64,000 bases of DNA from Yuukianura sp. NJ FZ-2021 (GCA_046563655.1 CM102290.1:7006001-7070000), one strand, 5' to 3'. Numbered from the stretch's first letter, positions 25,801-38,234 are shown. Notes: generated by a model not told the origin, from the letters alone. Made by a program: numbers and translations.

Positions 25801-27618
25801 TATGTTTTGCAGCGTCCGCTTTCAGACGAAACGAAATTCGTCTAACATCCTGTTCCGTTCTAACTCCCAAAACTCCCGTTCCGTTCATAAACTGAAGCTG
25901 AGGTGTGATCATATACTTATCACTGAACAATGATGCACTCATTTTGACAAAGGTCACAAACTTGAATACATTTGGTAATAACGTCAGACTACAGAACGAC
26001 TCACCCATAAACTCCAGATTTGAGTCCGGGACGCATTTGCTGTCTCTGTTGGTTGTATCCAAACGGAAAGCGGCCACCGAGACCTGGGCCAGGATTATTT
26101 CCTGCATGTCGCTGACCTTGCGGACCAAACGGTGTACGTCGTGGGGGAAATGGACCATTCTGCGTCATGCCTATAAATATTTTATGTTCAAATAATTAGG
26201 TCACGGTGTCATTAAGAGAGCAATTACAGGTATAAATTTCATCGGAGTCAAATTTTTCGCTACTGCCCAATGCCGCTAGGCCCATAAATGTCTTTTAGCT
26301 TGGGTTGAAATGCTGAAATTATGCCTGAATACTGCGTCAATGCGTCTAATTCAATTCCTAAGCATAGTCATAATATTAAGTGACGTGACGTTGATTGAAC
26401 ATGATCTATCGAAATACTTGTGAGACTACGAAATGAACTTTCAGAAACTGCGTTTACAACTTCATTCTTCAGTTTTTCCAAACCTAGCAGTGAAAGCAAG
26501 AGTTTGGGCATTTGATCAATCAAATCAATATCAATTCGTAGTTACGAATAGATTAAGTCGGAAGTCGACAATGCAGCGGGTAGTAAACCTTGAAAGTGCA
26601 TCTAAAACCCTAGAAATAAGTCGGTTGTTCCAATTCCGAAGTTAATACTGTGATTAAAAACTACACTTTGAGCACTTCGATCTCACAAAATATTTGACGG
26701 TGCATCTTGGATCATAGTAAATTTTCATTTTTCAAATGACATTTGTATTAAAACTATATTTATGACAGCAACGACCTAAGCGATCGAATGGCAAGATGAA
26801 GGCGCTACAGGAGAAAGGCGAGACGAGCCAAAAAATGAGAAAGGACAAGAAGTATTCCTCCTGCGTTGAAAACGCCTGCCTGATTCCTGATTCCTGAATA
26901 CCATATTAGCAGAAAGAACACATTTGGCATTTGGCAATGACTCTATTCTACTATGTAGACTGGCAGCTAATACTGCAACTTAGAAGCTAACCTAAAAACC
27001 TAAGAACATGAACATAACATCATCAGTGAGAACGGGATCTAGATGTCCTATTATAACAACACGTCGTTAGCTTAAAGTAAAGTAGTACTTGGCTGGTTTA
27101 GACGTCTACGCAAACGAGAAATACACCAAATCAAGTTTTCTCACGGCCCATGTTAAACTTAAATCATTACGGCTTAATGAAACAGCTACCTCACATGACC
27201 AAAATGATTAACGTTATCACCTTGGAACCTAAGAGCCAGAATTGCAAATCATTCCTTCATATTGATACAGCTGATTGATTGAACGATGGAGTTAACATGG
27301 GTTGAACAACATAACATAACATGGCAGTTTTGACTTACCCATATTTGGCGGTGGTGGTGGCGGGGGCCCAAAGTTTTGAAAAAAGTAGCCATTTTGTGGG
27401 AAACCTAGCGGAGGAGAGTTGAAAAAGTAGTTGTTGTAATCGTCGACTGGCGGTGGGGCTGCTGGAGTTGTCCAGACCGGCGGCTCAGGCCCCATACTTG
27501 CTACTGTTGTCACCACACTGTTGGGTTTGTTTCCGGCAGATTCAACAATTACTTGATTCTCATTACCAGGTAACGCTTGAGATGTTGTCAACTTGAAAGA
27601 GTCACTCTCTTCCGTCAT
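22879..27618 (-). CDS. orb2: Cytoplasmic polyadenylation element-binding protein, CPEB2-4/Orb2 type (~534 aa; termini uncertain)
   Basis: Exons 27339-27618, 26005-26170, 25091-25214, 23980-24286, 23785-23897, 23495-23705, 23247-23428, 23062-23172 and 22879/22883-22989 are in consistent phase. RRM1 starts YSRKVFVGGLPPDIDEEEITASFRRFGPLVVDWPHK and RRM2 starts KTVFVGGVPRPLKAVELAMIMDRLYGGVCYAGIDTD. The ZZ finger reads CDECGGGRCGGKFAPFFCANVTCLQYYCEHCW...HKPLVKEGADRPR. The frame stays open upstream of the ATG to an acceptor at 27645, with a candidate 36-nt exon at 27777-27812. Confidence 0.94.
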
Positions 27619-29842
27619 TACTTCTTTACTGTCGAGATGATTTATCTGAAAAGAACAAAAGAAAAGTATGAACCAGTATTCGTTTCAGTTGCCTCGACTA
27701 ACTTAACGAAATTAGCTGGAAATATGGAAAAAGTACACAGCACTTAAGACAGGCAAATAAGGTCGAGATAACTCACCTGACCCGACTTTTGACTTGTGAA
27801 ATTACGGAAATCCTAAGAAATCACAGTTAATCACTCCACGAGATCACCAGCAGAGGAGTTTACTTGTTCCAAATCGAGAGAGATGGAAGTTGTGCTGTGA
27901 TCCAATCCAGAACCTATTTTGTGCACCACGTAGTACTCGTGAGATTGATTAAAGAGTGAGGGGCTTGAAGAGCCGGGTTCCCGCAGTATAACGATAGTGC
28001 GTTGCGAATTGTGGTGTTTAAAAAATGAGGTTGTGAATCCTTCCGGAATCTCGAACCCGATTGTAAAAATTACAAAACGTACAAAAATGAAAGCTTAGCT
28101 CGAGTTTTGACTGACCAAAATGGAGACGATCGGTTCCGCTGGATGCAAGACAAGGTGGAATTGTTACTAGCAAGCGCAGTGATGACGACTCGGAGTTAGT
28201 TACAAAAGGTCGCTGAGTGAATATGAAAAGTAAGAAAAAGACTTCGGGGCCTGTACGTGACTGTGTTGACTTTGGGAAAGGTCATTCGGCCCAGCTGAAA
28301 TTGACGAGATGTTGTGAGGGGTCAAGGCTGTGTTAGTGATGGAACGTTGACCGCAGAGTAGTCCTTGAGGAGTGTCCCTTTCCGAAGATAAACTGAAAAT
28401 AAGTTGGCCGTCTTCTCTACTGGATCAGTCTGATGAGAGCCGACTCAATTGGGAGATCTCTCTGGCCAAAAAGAGTTGGATCGAGCAGGCAGTCTTCTAC
28501 TACCTTTCACTCTCGTACTCGTCCGTCGGTTCGGTTATTCGGTATCTCCAAAACCTACAAAACGGACATGCCATACCAATCCAAAAAGTCCGACCCTATA
28601 CTCTCTCACGGTATCAGTACCGTCATCCTCCCAAAACGACCCCATCATGCCAATGGCACGCGACTGCCTATCGCCACGCAAAATCGAAATCCCACTGCTA
28701 CTGTGAATCAATTATTTGATCGATTAGGTTAGCTTATTCTCGGCTGAACCGAATTGAGTACATAACACGGAAATGAAGTTGCTAAGAGCCGAATAGACAA
28801 ACTTTAACTGGATAGACAGAGTGACCTGGTGCAGATCTTGCATATTCAGTTGTTGCCTACAGCGCAAAAGCCGGTATCTTCGGTATTCAACTCGTCACCC
28901 GAAAAAGAAAAAGTCTAGTCTTGACGACGTAAGAATAGTGCCCTCCATTCAGTACCCCTTGGATGGCCAGTTTAGTACTAAAGAACTGCGTCGGATGATA
29001 TTACAATAATCAATCGGTGTCATGAAACCTAGCTAGCCTAGAAGTAGACTTTTGAACGTTTGTAGGTGCGTTCTTCGATCGAATTTCACAAATCTCAACC
29101 GTCGAAACCTTTATTTTTTTTAGCGTAGAAACAATTAAAATGAATCGGAACTTTATTGGGCGAACGATAGAACGGTACGCCGGAGTCAGAGGTACTAAAC
29201 TCGGTTACCCTAATGGCACAGTCTTAAGTACTTTGCACACAGCTAAATTGGCATCGTTGATACTAAACTTGGTACTTATGTAGGGTAGCGAATTTTGCGC
29301 TAGTGGCAGAGACTGGTATTCATTGCGATATTTTTCATACAGATTTGGTTATTTATTTTTTATTATTTTCATTAGATAGACTTTAATGATGCCCAAGAAT
29401 GTTAATTATTGAAAAGAATTATTTGTGACATTATTGACATGTCAGGAGGATAGTTAGTGCTGACGCTGAGATCCGCGAAAGAATGGGATGCTCTGGCTGA
29501 GTTCCCAAGGACGGGTATCCCTTAAAAGCACGACCATTAACAGATACCATACGGTATTTGTCTGGGCTATAGTGCATGGGGACGGGTGTGCTATGGTTGT
29601 GCAAAATGCATAGAAACTTCGTCATACGAGACCAAGATCGACCAGACGGGGAACGACAGCGAGTGGGAAACCAGCAAGTCTAGCTCTGTCTCCTCAAAAT
29701 GGCTGCTTTACACTCCAGAACTTATACCAAAAAACCTCAGTCACACCCCTACAACTCAGTCTGATGAACACGCATTGGACGCACCTTATAAAACACTACT
29801 GGCCACTGCAGCGGCTAGTTTAGTGCGCTTTCCTACATTTTA

Positions 29843-30614
29843 AGCCCGTATCACATTGCCGACGCACCTCAACTTTTTGCGTTGGATTTGAATCCAACGC
29901 GAGAAAAGGGCTATCACATTGGATTTGAGGCTGCGTTGAGTTGACGCGCGTTTTTTCTCAGCCTCAAACTCAACGCGACCTCAAAATCGGGGAGCTATCA
30001 CACTGCCTCCTTCCGATTCAAAACTGACGTCGCGTCAAGAAAGTTGACGCGATGAGAAGTTGAACTTGGTTCAACTTTTCTTCGCGTCAAAATTGAATCG
30101 TCTGTTTTTTTAATTGTTTACCATCTGCTATTTGAACTTTAACTAACTATGACATGGTTTAACTTCAGTTTCAAGTCAGGTAATGTCCATTTTGCATTAC
30201 TGAATCAAAATATCGTTAGAAGTTCCGGCGCCGGACTTGTTATTTGTATTTAATTATTTTATTTAATTAATTTATGGAAAAATGGATGAAGAACCTTGAC
30301 TTTAATGGGAAAGTTAAGAAACGGAAGGTCAAGCACTGAAATTGACCAAGAATTACATTTAACCTCAGCTTCTCAGCTGTTCATCCATATCCAATACTTT
30401 TCTGCATGTTCCTCATAGGCTATAAGTCATAGCCTAGGATTAGTCATAGTAGGTGTGGGGAAATCTGTGCGTTTTTTTTGAAGCTGCTTTTTTTTCAACG
30501 CCAGAGCTCGCAGTGTGATAGCCTTCGGGTCTGCGTCAAAATCAACGCGCTTTAATTCTGAGCGTCAACTTTAAAGTTGACGCACGACGCAAGGCCTGCA
30601 ATGTGATTCGGGCT
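29843..30614. mobile_element. PIF/Harbinger (Tourist-like) non-autonomous element, 772 bp
   Basis: TIRs AGCCCGTATCACATTGC and GCAATGTGATTCGGGCT match at 16/17 positions. TTA is duplicated on both sides (29840-29842, 30615-30617). Internal GCTATCACAYTG subrepeats and TGACGC/GCGTCA palindromes are present; no ORF. Confidence 0.85.
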
Positions 30615-31159
30615 TTAGTGTCAGAAAATTAGTAATTAGTAGACAAAGTTCCACTTTCTAAAATATTCGAAATTGTTAGATCACTCTGCAAACTGCTTTT
30701 CACAATTAGTTGTATATTAGTAGTATACAAATTTCCGAAAGATTTGTCCAATTTCCACCAATCAGCTCATTGAGAATACTAATTGAGATGATTAATTGAT
30801 TTTGATTACTAACGTTTTTGTTAGAAAATTTATTTTGCCCAACTATGTTTAATGAATGCATGTGTTACATATGAGTTGAGTGCTTTTGATTTGCTCATCC
30901 AGAATGCGTATTGGCAGAGGAGCATTGAGTCAACTCTGACCTCACTCTCGTAAGCCGAGAGGGCAGAGGAACGACACAGGGGCGGACCTTGTCTTACTTT
31001 ATGAAAGAGATGAGAGATACCTAAATTAATAATTAATAAGAACTGTGGGTTGTAAGTGACCTGTGGGTCAAGTCACTCCCCCTACAATGTTATTTACTTC
31101 CCCTTCTAATTTAATAAAAAAAAACAGCGCGCTGGCCGATTCCGAACATACGGGGATGA

Positions 31160-33197
31160 TTAATTCCCGATAGAGGTCAAGCCACCTCCAGTCACCGTCG
31201 TACCACCGACAATAGTCGTCTTCGTGTTGGGCGAGGTTTGAGGTTGAGGCTGATTCGTTGCTGCCATACTTGCAGCCGTCTTCTGCTTCAACATTGTCCA
31301 ATCGAAAGTGTAGTCATACTGATGATTCAGCGTACGAAATAGTATGCGAAACAGCTGACGAAGATACATGTAGTCAGGGACTTCCTCGAATCTTAAGCCA
31401 CGACAGTAGTTCAAGTACATGGCAAATTCCGCTGGATAACCCTGTAAAGAGAAAAGACAAAGTTAGACCAGTTTACTGTGGTCCGGGTAAAGAGCCCGGA
31501 GCTTTCGTAACCATCACCCATCCCGACCGACAGGACCAATAACACTATAATCAACATTGCATTCTATGAGTAACAAATAAGATAAAGCTTGATAAACATA
31601 TTACTTGAATATTTTTGTCAAAACAAATTATAACAATACAATGTTGAAAACAATCAGTGTTGTGATCAAGTACTGACCACTACACTGCCTAATTGGACCC
31701 ATGCCGAGCGACACCCGAGGAGTTTCACTCCGCATGTCGACTTACATTTGAAAATCCCACTCCCGAGACTATACCCAAAGCTATAGTCAAAGGAGTAGAG
31801 TCGATATAATCGTCCGGGTTTACGTCAGTTGTTACAAGTAATAGTACGACATTACCTTACAAAGAACTTCCACGGGAGTCGACATCTTCTTTTCACTGAT
31901 CTTTTCGTACTTCTGCTTCTTGGTAGCAGCTTTAAGTCCTTGCCATGGAAGACTACCTCGATTGAAATACATGAGGACGTATCCAAGCGATTCCATATCG
32001 TCCCGACGGCTAATAATTGAAAAACATTAGTTAAGTAATTGTCTAAATCAGTCTTATTGTTCCTTATGAGTTAGGACAGCTGATCGGTAGACCAAAGCAA
32101 ATGGAAACTGGAATACCTTTGCTCAATTCCAAGATGGGCGTTGATGGAGGCATAACGAGCAGTTCCAGTCAAGTTCTTGTCTTCGCGGTAGGGAATGTGG
32201 TGACGTGTTCGGGAGTCACGGAATTTCTTGGCGAGTCCGTAATCAATCAAGTATAACTGAAAAAAAAACATCGTTTAGTTCTCGGCGTCGTCGCTGATCA
32301 AATGAATGACGTCTTTCATGTTCCAAGTTCCAAAAAGAGACAAGATAATTTTGAGAAACTTACTTTGTTACAATGACGTCCAATCCCCATGAGAAAATTG
32401 TCTGGCTAAAATGACATAAAAGATCCCATTTTTAAATGGCCCCAAGTTTAACGTAAGTTAAATCTTCTGTCAACTAACCTTAATATCGCGATGAATGAAG
32501 TTTTTGGTGTGAATGTATTCCACTCTACCAATCATTTGATCCGCTAACATCAACACTGTCTTTATAGTGAAACGTCGAGAACAAAAGTTGAAAAGGTCCT
32601 CCAAGGACGGCCCAAGTAAGTCCATGACCAACACATTGTAGTCTCGTTCTTGTCCATACCATCTGCAACATAACAAATTGATTAAGACTCAATTGGAAAT
32701 TGTATCACTTCCAGATCTTTCACAGTACTCATCAAGTCATAGGATTAAGTTGAAGTATATCGTACCGAATATGCGGAATTCCAACTCCTCCTTGCAAAAT
32801 TTTGTATAATTTGCTTTCATACAGCAGTTGAGGGTGCCGAGCCTTACAATTCTCGAGTTTAACAGCCACTTCCTAAATAATTAACAAACAGAAATGGGTG
32901 AGTATTACCGTAAGAGTTAGTAAGGATGCTTTTCAACGTATACGGAAAACATATGACGGTGACGGTGGCGTTGAGGAATATCCCGCAAGGAAAAAAACAG
33001 TCTACAGTTATGCCACCGCGAAACGTCCATACTATTTTAGAGTAACTCTCTAATTCTGTCCGCTGACTCACCTCGCCATTGGTGATGTTGATTCCCAAGT
33101 ATATGTCTCCAAACGATCCAGAACCGATTTTCCTAACCAGACGATACCGTCCTCCGACGACAAAGTCCGCCCTGGAGGAAGCGATGGCGGAGGCCAT
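31160..33197 (-). CDS. CSNK1A1: Casein kinase I alpha (~344 aa in the unspliced-tail form)
   Basis: Exons are 33072-33197, 32766-32872, 32479-32662, 32364-32405, 32117-32256, 31856-32009 and 31160-31441. Motifs include [65 protein letters not shown] and [20 protein letters not shown] (alpha-type). Confidence 0.96.
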
Positions 33198-33463
33198 TGC
33201 TGGGCTACTGGGAACGGCCGACGCAATTGTACTGTTCTTATGTTTTACTCCAGTGAATTCTTATGTTGATTAATTGTCGATACTGACTTAGGTACTACAC
33301 AACTAATTTTGTAATTTAGAAAAAGAGAGAGAGGGGAGTGAGAGGCAAAGACAAAGTAAGAAAAGAACGCAGTTACACTATGGTTTCCACCACCAGTCAG
33401 TCACTCTCTCTCGACAGGAATTTTATTGAGCCAAGGGAGGAAATCCAACCATAGCCCAGGCTA

Positions 33464-34823
33464 TATGGGGGGAGATCACCAGCAAAAACATTTGAAAGAA
33501 TCTGCAACGAAAAATTTTTGCTACGTCGACTTTGTTTTTTGCTGCAACTGAAAAGTAGATGCAGAAAAAAAGTAGATGCAAAAAAAAGTCGATGTAGAAA
33601 AATAGTAAGTTGCAGAAAAAAAGTGGACGAAATTAAAATTGAGTTGCAGTAATTTTGTATTGCTGCAAGAAAAAGTCAATGAAAATAATTTTGAGACGCC
33701 TCAAAATTGAGACGCGGCAAAAATCCCGACGGAGAAAATTTGAATTCCCGATGTCAAAAACTGACATCGACTTTTTCGCGTAACTGGACGGCAATGTACG
33801 GACTAAAACCGCACCGCATTTTCCCTCCTTACTCTAACTCGATCACCACGTAACACAAAAGTAAATAAGTAATAAATAAATAATAACAATAAAATAATAA
33901 GTAATAAAAGTAATGAATAAATAATAAAAAAATAATAAGTAGTAAGTAATAAATAAATAATAATAATAAATAATACACTGTATGAAGAGATGCCACACAG
34001 ATAAATAAGTATATGTGATAATTACTATGATTTCAATTAAGTTATTTATTTTACTTGTTATTACATATTATTATTAATTAAGCAATTCATTGGGATAATG
34101 TGTATATAATAACTTAATTAATAATAATGTATAATAATAAGTATAATAAGTATATATAAATAACTTAATAATAACTTAATTGAAATCATATTAATCATAT
34201 ACAATATACAATATATTATATATAATCTTAAATCACATATAATTATTTATCTGTGTGGCCTCTCTTCATACAGTGTATCACTTACTATTATTATTTATTT
34301 ATTACTTACTACTTATTATTTTTTTATTATTTATTCATTACTTATTAGTTATTATTTTATTATTATTGTTTATTCATTACTTATTACTTATTATTTTATT
34401 ATTATTACTTATTTATTACTTATTACTTTTGTGTTACGTGGTGATCGAGTTAGAGTAAGGAGGGAGAATGCGGTGCGGTTTTAGTCCGTACATGGCCGTC
34501 CAGTTACGCGAAAAAGTCGATGTCAGTTTTTGACATCGGGAATTCAAATTTTCTCCGTCGGGATTTTTGCCGCGTCTCAATTTTGAGGCGTCTCAAAATT
34601 ATTTTCCTTTACTTTTTCTTGCAGCAATACAAAATTACTGCAACTCAATATTAATTTCGTCCACGTTTTTTCTGCAACTACTTTTTTTCTACATCGACTT
34701 TTTTTTTGCATCTACTTTTTTTCTGCATCTACTTTTCAGTTGCAGCAAAAAACAAAGTCGACGTAGGAAAAATTTTTCGTTGCAGATTTTTTCAAATATT
34801 TTTGCTGGTGATCTCCCCCCATA
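33464..34823. mobile_element. Foldback-type non-autonomous DNA element, 1360 bp, near-perfect palindrome with 6-bp TSD
   Basis: Termini are TATGGGGGGAGATCACCAGCAAAAA and TTTTTGCTGGTGATCTCCCCCCATA. Arms of ~600-700 bp surround a ~30-nt spacer (~34083-34112). AGGCTA is duplicated at 33458-33463 and 34824-34829. The arms carry AAAAAAGTAGATGCA and TAATAAR tandem subrepeats. Confidence 0.92.
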
Positions 34824-35606
34824 AGGCTACACTTGTGACTCTGTCTACCTTCAGCAAGGAATCCAACGGTGACGCTCGTCGGGAAGGATATTCGCCTATG
34901 TCAATATAGCATACGTACTGTAGCGTAAGTATACTGACTGGGAGGGATAGAAGCGGCATAACGATTTATAGCACTTCCAAGTACCGAAGCAGGCGCACAC
35001 ACCATCTACGTCCCATCCCACAATATAAATTTGACAATACAGCAAGCGCAACCTCCCAAATGCAAACGTAAGGGTCACGAATCTCTATGGTAAGACACGT
35101 TCTTTATTCCAAAATACAGAATACGAATGACACAAACACGCAAAATTAAACAATGTTTCTTTATGAAGTGACTATTCATTATTGTTTATTATTATTATTA
35201 TTGTTATTATTTTGGGAAATATTATTGTTTAAGTTTTTATTTTGTAATACTCGATTTTTTTTTGAATTTTTGAATTATTTGGTGGTGTCATGAATAAAAC
35301 CATCTGCGCCCTGTACAACAATTTGGAAACCATGCTACCCTGAATTAATGTTGTCCAAAAATGTTATAACTCTACATTTTAGTAGTTTCTGTGCATTTTT
35401 CCATAATTAACTTTTCACAATTCAACAAGTTCAACATTAACTTTTAAACTGAAGCGGCCGGAAAGAAGTCAATTCTGATGAGAGTACGTTGGTAGTATTG
35501 ACAAAGTCCATTATCTGTAAATGATTGACTTTGCTATTATTAGACAATACTTTACTCGTCTAAAACCAACGTTGTTTAAATCGAAATTTTGTTTATTTTT
35601 TCTTAG

Positions 35607-36357
35607 AAGGTTATGTCATAACGCCGTTATTTTTTTTTTTCCAAATTTTTTGAACACACATCTGACGCGTCTCCGTTGCGTGCAATTCGAAATGAAAGCA
35701 ATGACTCAGCAACGTGTTTAAAAAGATTATTGTGCAAATCAATAAAATTGGTCCAAAACAAGGTAAAATAGAATACTTAGAGGTACGGTCCCTTAAAATT
35801 GTTTTTTCAAAAGTGAGTTGCTAGTGCTACGGGACTTTGTTTCACTCCGAGTTCTCTCATTTACAGTGCTGTTCAACATTTTCATCATTTTAGTTTCAAT
35901 GCTTTCGCCGCAAACACAAAAATAGCATAAAAACTCGGATGAACCCAGCCCCCTGCGTTCAGCCCCCTTAGCAACCAACGCCAGCTTTTGTTTGTGACGT
36001 CACTCGTTGAAAAATACCGGAATTCGGAGAATAATGATGGTATCCCATAGAAACCCATATATTGTTTGATGTTTAGATACGCGCCTCGGATAATAAGCTG
36101 ACGATTACGGTATTTGTCAACGAGTGACGTCATAAAAAAATGCCGTGGTAACCTAACAAATTTTCTGTTCGCACTACCTGTAGTATTCTATTTGCCTTGG
36201 GATGAACCTGTATTTTCACTCGGAGTGACGTCATTGCGAGTGAAATTGTAAACAACTCAAGAATCGGTTTTGGTCGCTAAGGCATTTTTGCCACCCCCTG
36301 GGTCCAAAAGTTGTTTTTCCTTGTTTCATTTGAAAATCGGAGTTATGACATAACCTC
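35607..36357. mobile_element. Degenerate TIR element (Kolobok-like MITE?)
   Basis: AGGTTATGTCATAAC(g)CCG at ~35608 is inverted to CGGAGTTATGACATAACCT at ~36338-36356. An internal inverted pair GTGACGTCACTCGTTGAAAAATACC / GGTATTTGTCAACGAGTGACGTCA lies at ~35995 and ~36109. Flanks are TTA-like. The superfamily is a guess. Confidence 0.6.
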
Positions 36358-37487
36358 TTACGGCATTTGTATAAACGGTCGCTATTGCAACCTTGTCTAA
36401 AACAAATCGAAGTATTCTGAATATACAGTCTCAAAATGCATTGAAAGAATTCCCATAACACAAACGGAAAAAAAGTATAGTTTTTATCCCATAAAATTCT
36501 TATTTTTCTTAATCAACTGAACTCATCAATACTTCTCGAAGCTTTTAAACCCATTACATGAACATACAGGAAATCAGTGAATTTATTTTGCATTTTGTAG
36601 TTTCATCATACTAAAAGACAAGCATCACTGCTGGTTTTCATCGTGTAATTCTTCTATTACCTCACTCTTTGGGGTGCAGACATAGTTATAAAGTCGTCTC
36701 GTCACTGAAGCAGACTATATTCTTGTATAAACCGTAAAACCAGTCCAATCTATACGAATGTTTAAGCTATGCTCTCTAGAGTTCCAATGAAAATGAAACC
36801 TCATGCTCCTGGGCCTCACTTAAGCCACACTCTCTCCAAGCCATATCGAAAACGGCGATTTAACTAATGTACCTTTCTGTTGCGCAACAGAAGTGCACCG
36901 GCTTTTAATGGAATAGTTTGAGTTAAGTTCGAAGTCAGTCGACCTTCTAACCCATCGTAGGTTCTTTTCCTCATTATTCTTCGCCCACTATTCAAATTAT
37001 AAACTTTTCTGCCCTACTAAAGGCTTTTCTATTCTACTAAAAACTATTCACTTTTACTTATTTCACTTATTTGACCATAATACGTTTTTATTACTTTTGT
37101 TGCTTCTAACTTAAACGAGCTGCAGGATTTGTAATTGACAGGGCAAATGGCCAAATGCAATAAAATTGATTGATTTAATAGGATAGCTTGAGTTAACTTC
37201 GAAGTAATTGTTAAATCAATTGTTACCAAAAATTAAATAAAAATCAGGCCTCTTAGTTAAGGTTTAGAGCCTTGAATATTATGAAATTCAAAATAAACCG
37301 TTTTTTATTCCAAATAGTCTGATAATTGTCGACAAGCTGAGAACTTTGAAAATAGTTATAAATGAATTCCAACACCAGTACACAATGCTTTTTTAAACTT
37401 ATGGGGTGGAAAATTTTCCATAGACTATTGCAAGGTAATACTCCTAGGTGTAAATCTTAAGTAGGTTATTCAAAATATGATATTTAC

Positions 37488-38000
37488 CGTCTCCTCTTTC
37501 GCAACTTTTAGCTGTGTTTCTCCTGGCGGCAGGTATCTTGGGAGAGATTCCGCTTGTTCGCGACATAAAGTCGTTTAAGTACTCCAATATTGCAGAAATG
37601 ACAGAATTTGAAGCCAAACGGTACCGTACTCGTTTGGACAAATTAGCATGTTGCGCAAAGGGAGATTTGATCGTGGTTTATTATATAGGTTAGACAACTG
37701 AAGTTTCTGAAATTTTATTTCATAAAAAACATAGTTGTAGGCCATAAAGAAACATTATAATGAAGCTATTTTAAAGAAAAAATTTTTTTTAAAGAAATGG
37801 CACGCTGTTTAATTTCAAGAGTGTATTGTTAGACAGTACGGCTACGGCTGGCGTGTGGGAATTGGGCTTAAGTGTTAATGGGGAGGTTGTATGAGTAGGG
37901 TGGGTGCCTAGGGTGAGTGGTGAGTGTCCTTCAGTTTCAGTAACAATCAGGCAGGGAGGTCGGATGGTGAGAACCCGTCTCTCCTCCACTGCGCAATCCA
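37488..38000. promoter_or_regulatory. Putative bidirectional promoter region (CK1alpha non-coding first exon on -, RNF38/44 5' end on +)
   Basis: There is a minus-strand donor (GACG|gtaaat) at 37487 and a pyrimidine-rich acceptor near 33297, just upstream of the CK1alpha ATG. The RNF38/44 ATG is at 38235 on +. Inferred from the head-to-head arrangement only. Confidence 0.35.
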
Positions 38001-38234
38001 TCCACACAACTTCTTCGTACGAAACAAAGAAGGAAAATTCAGAGAACTTTACTACTCCAATCATCAGTCGTCGTCTCTCCTCTTCTTCGGAGACACGCAT
38101 CATCATCACCCGTCTTCCCAGATTTATACGATTAATCATATCTAGTACGTAGTGAGTACCTTCAATTAGGTAATCACCTTCCAATTTACACCACTTCCTT
38201 CGGCAAGTGGTTCCAGTCCAGTCAGCCACTGATC

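Noticed and set aside
25658..26158. 166-aa minus-strand ORF
   Set aside because: It overlaps orb2 exon 26005-26170 in the wrong frame and runs into the intron.
28372..28732. Three overlapping plus-strand ORFs
   Set aside because: No domain-like content; they lie in the probable orb2 promoter or 5' UTR region.
33540..33660. Short repeated units as a CRISPR-like array
   Set aside because: These are adjacent 16-17 bp degenerate tandem subrepeats with no unique spacers, in a eukaryotic context, and mirrored in the other foldback arm.
34255..34909. Hydrophobic ORFs (LLLFIHY repeats) as membrane peptides
   Set aside because: Translation artefacts of AT-rich tandem repeats in the foldback arm.
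37789..38229. 146-aa minus-strand ORF
   Set aside because: Antisense to the RNF38/44 5' UTR, with no recognisable family features.
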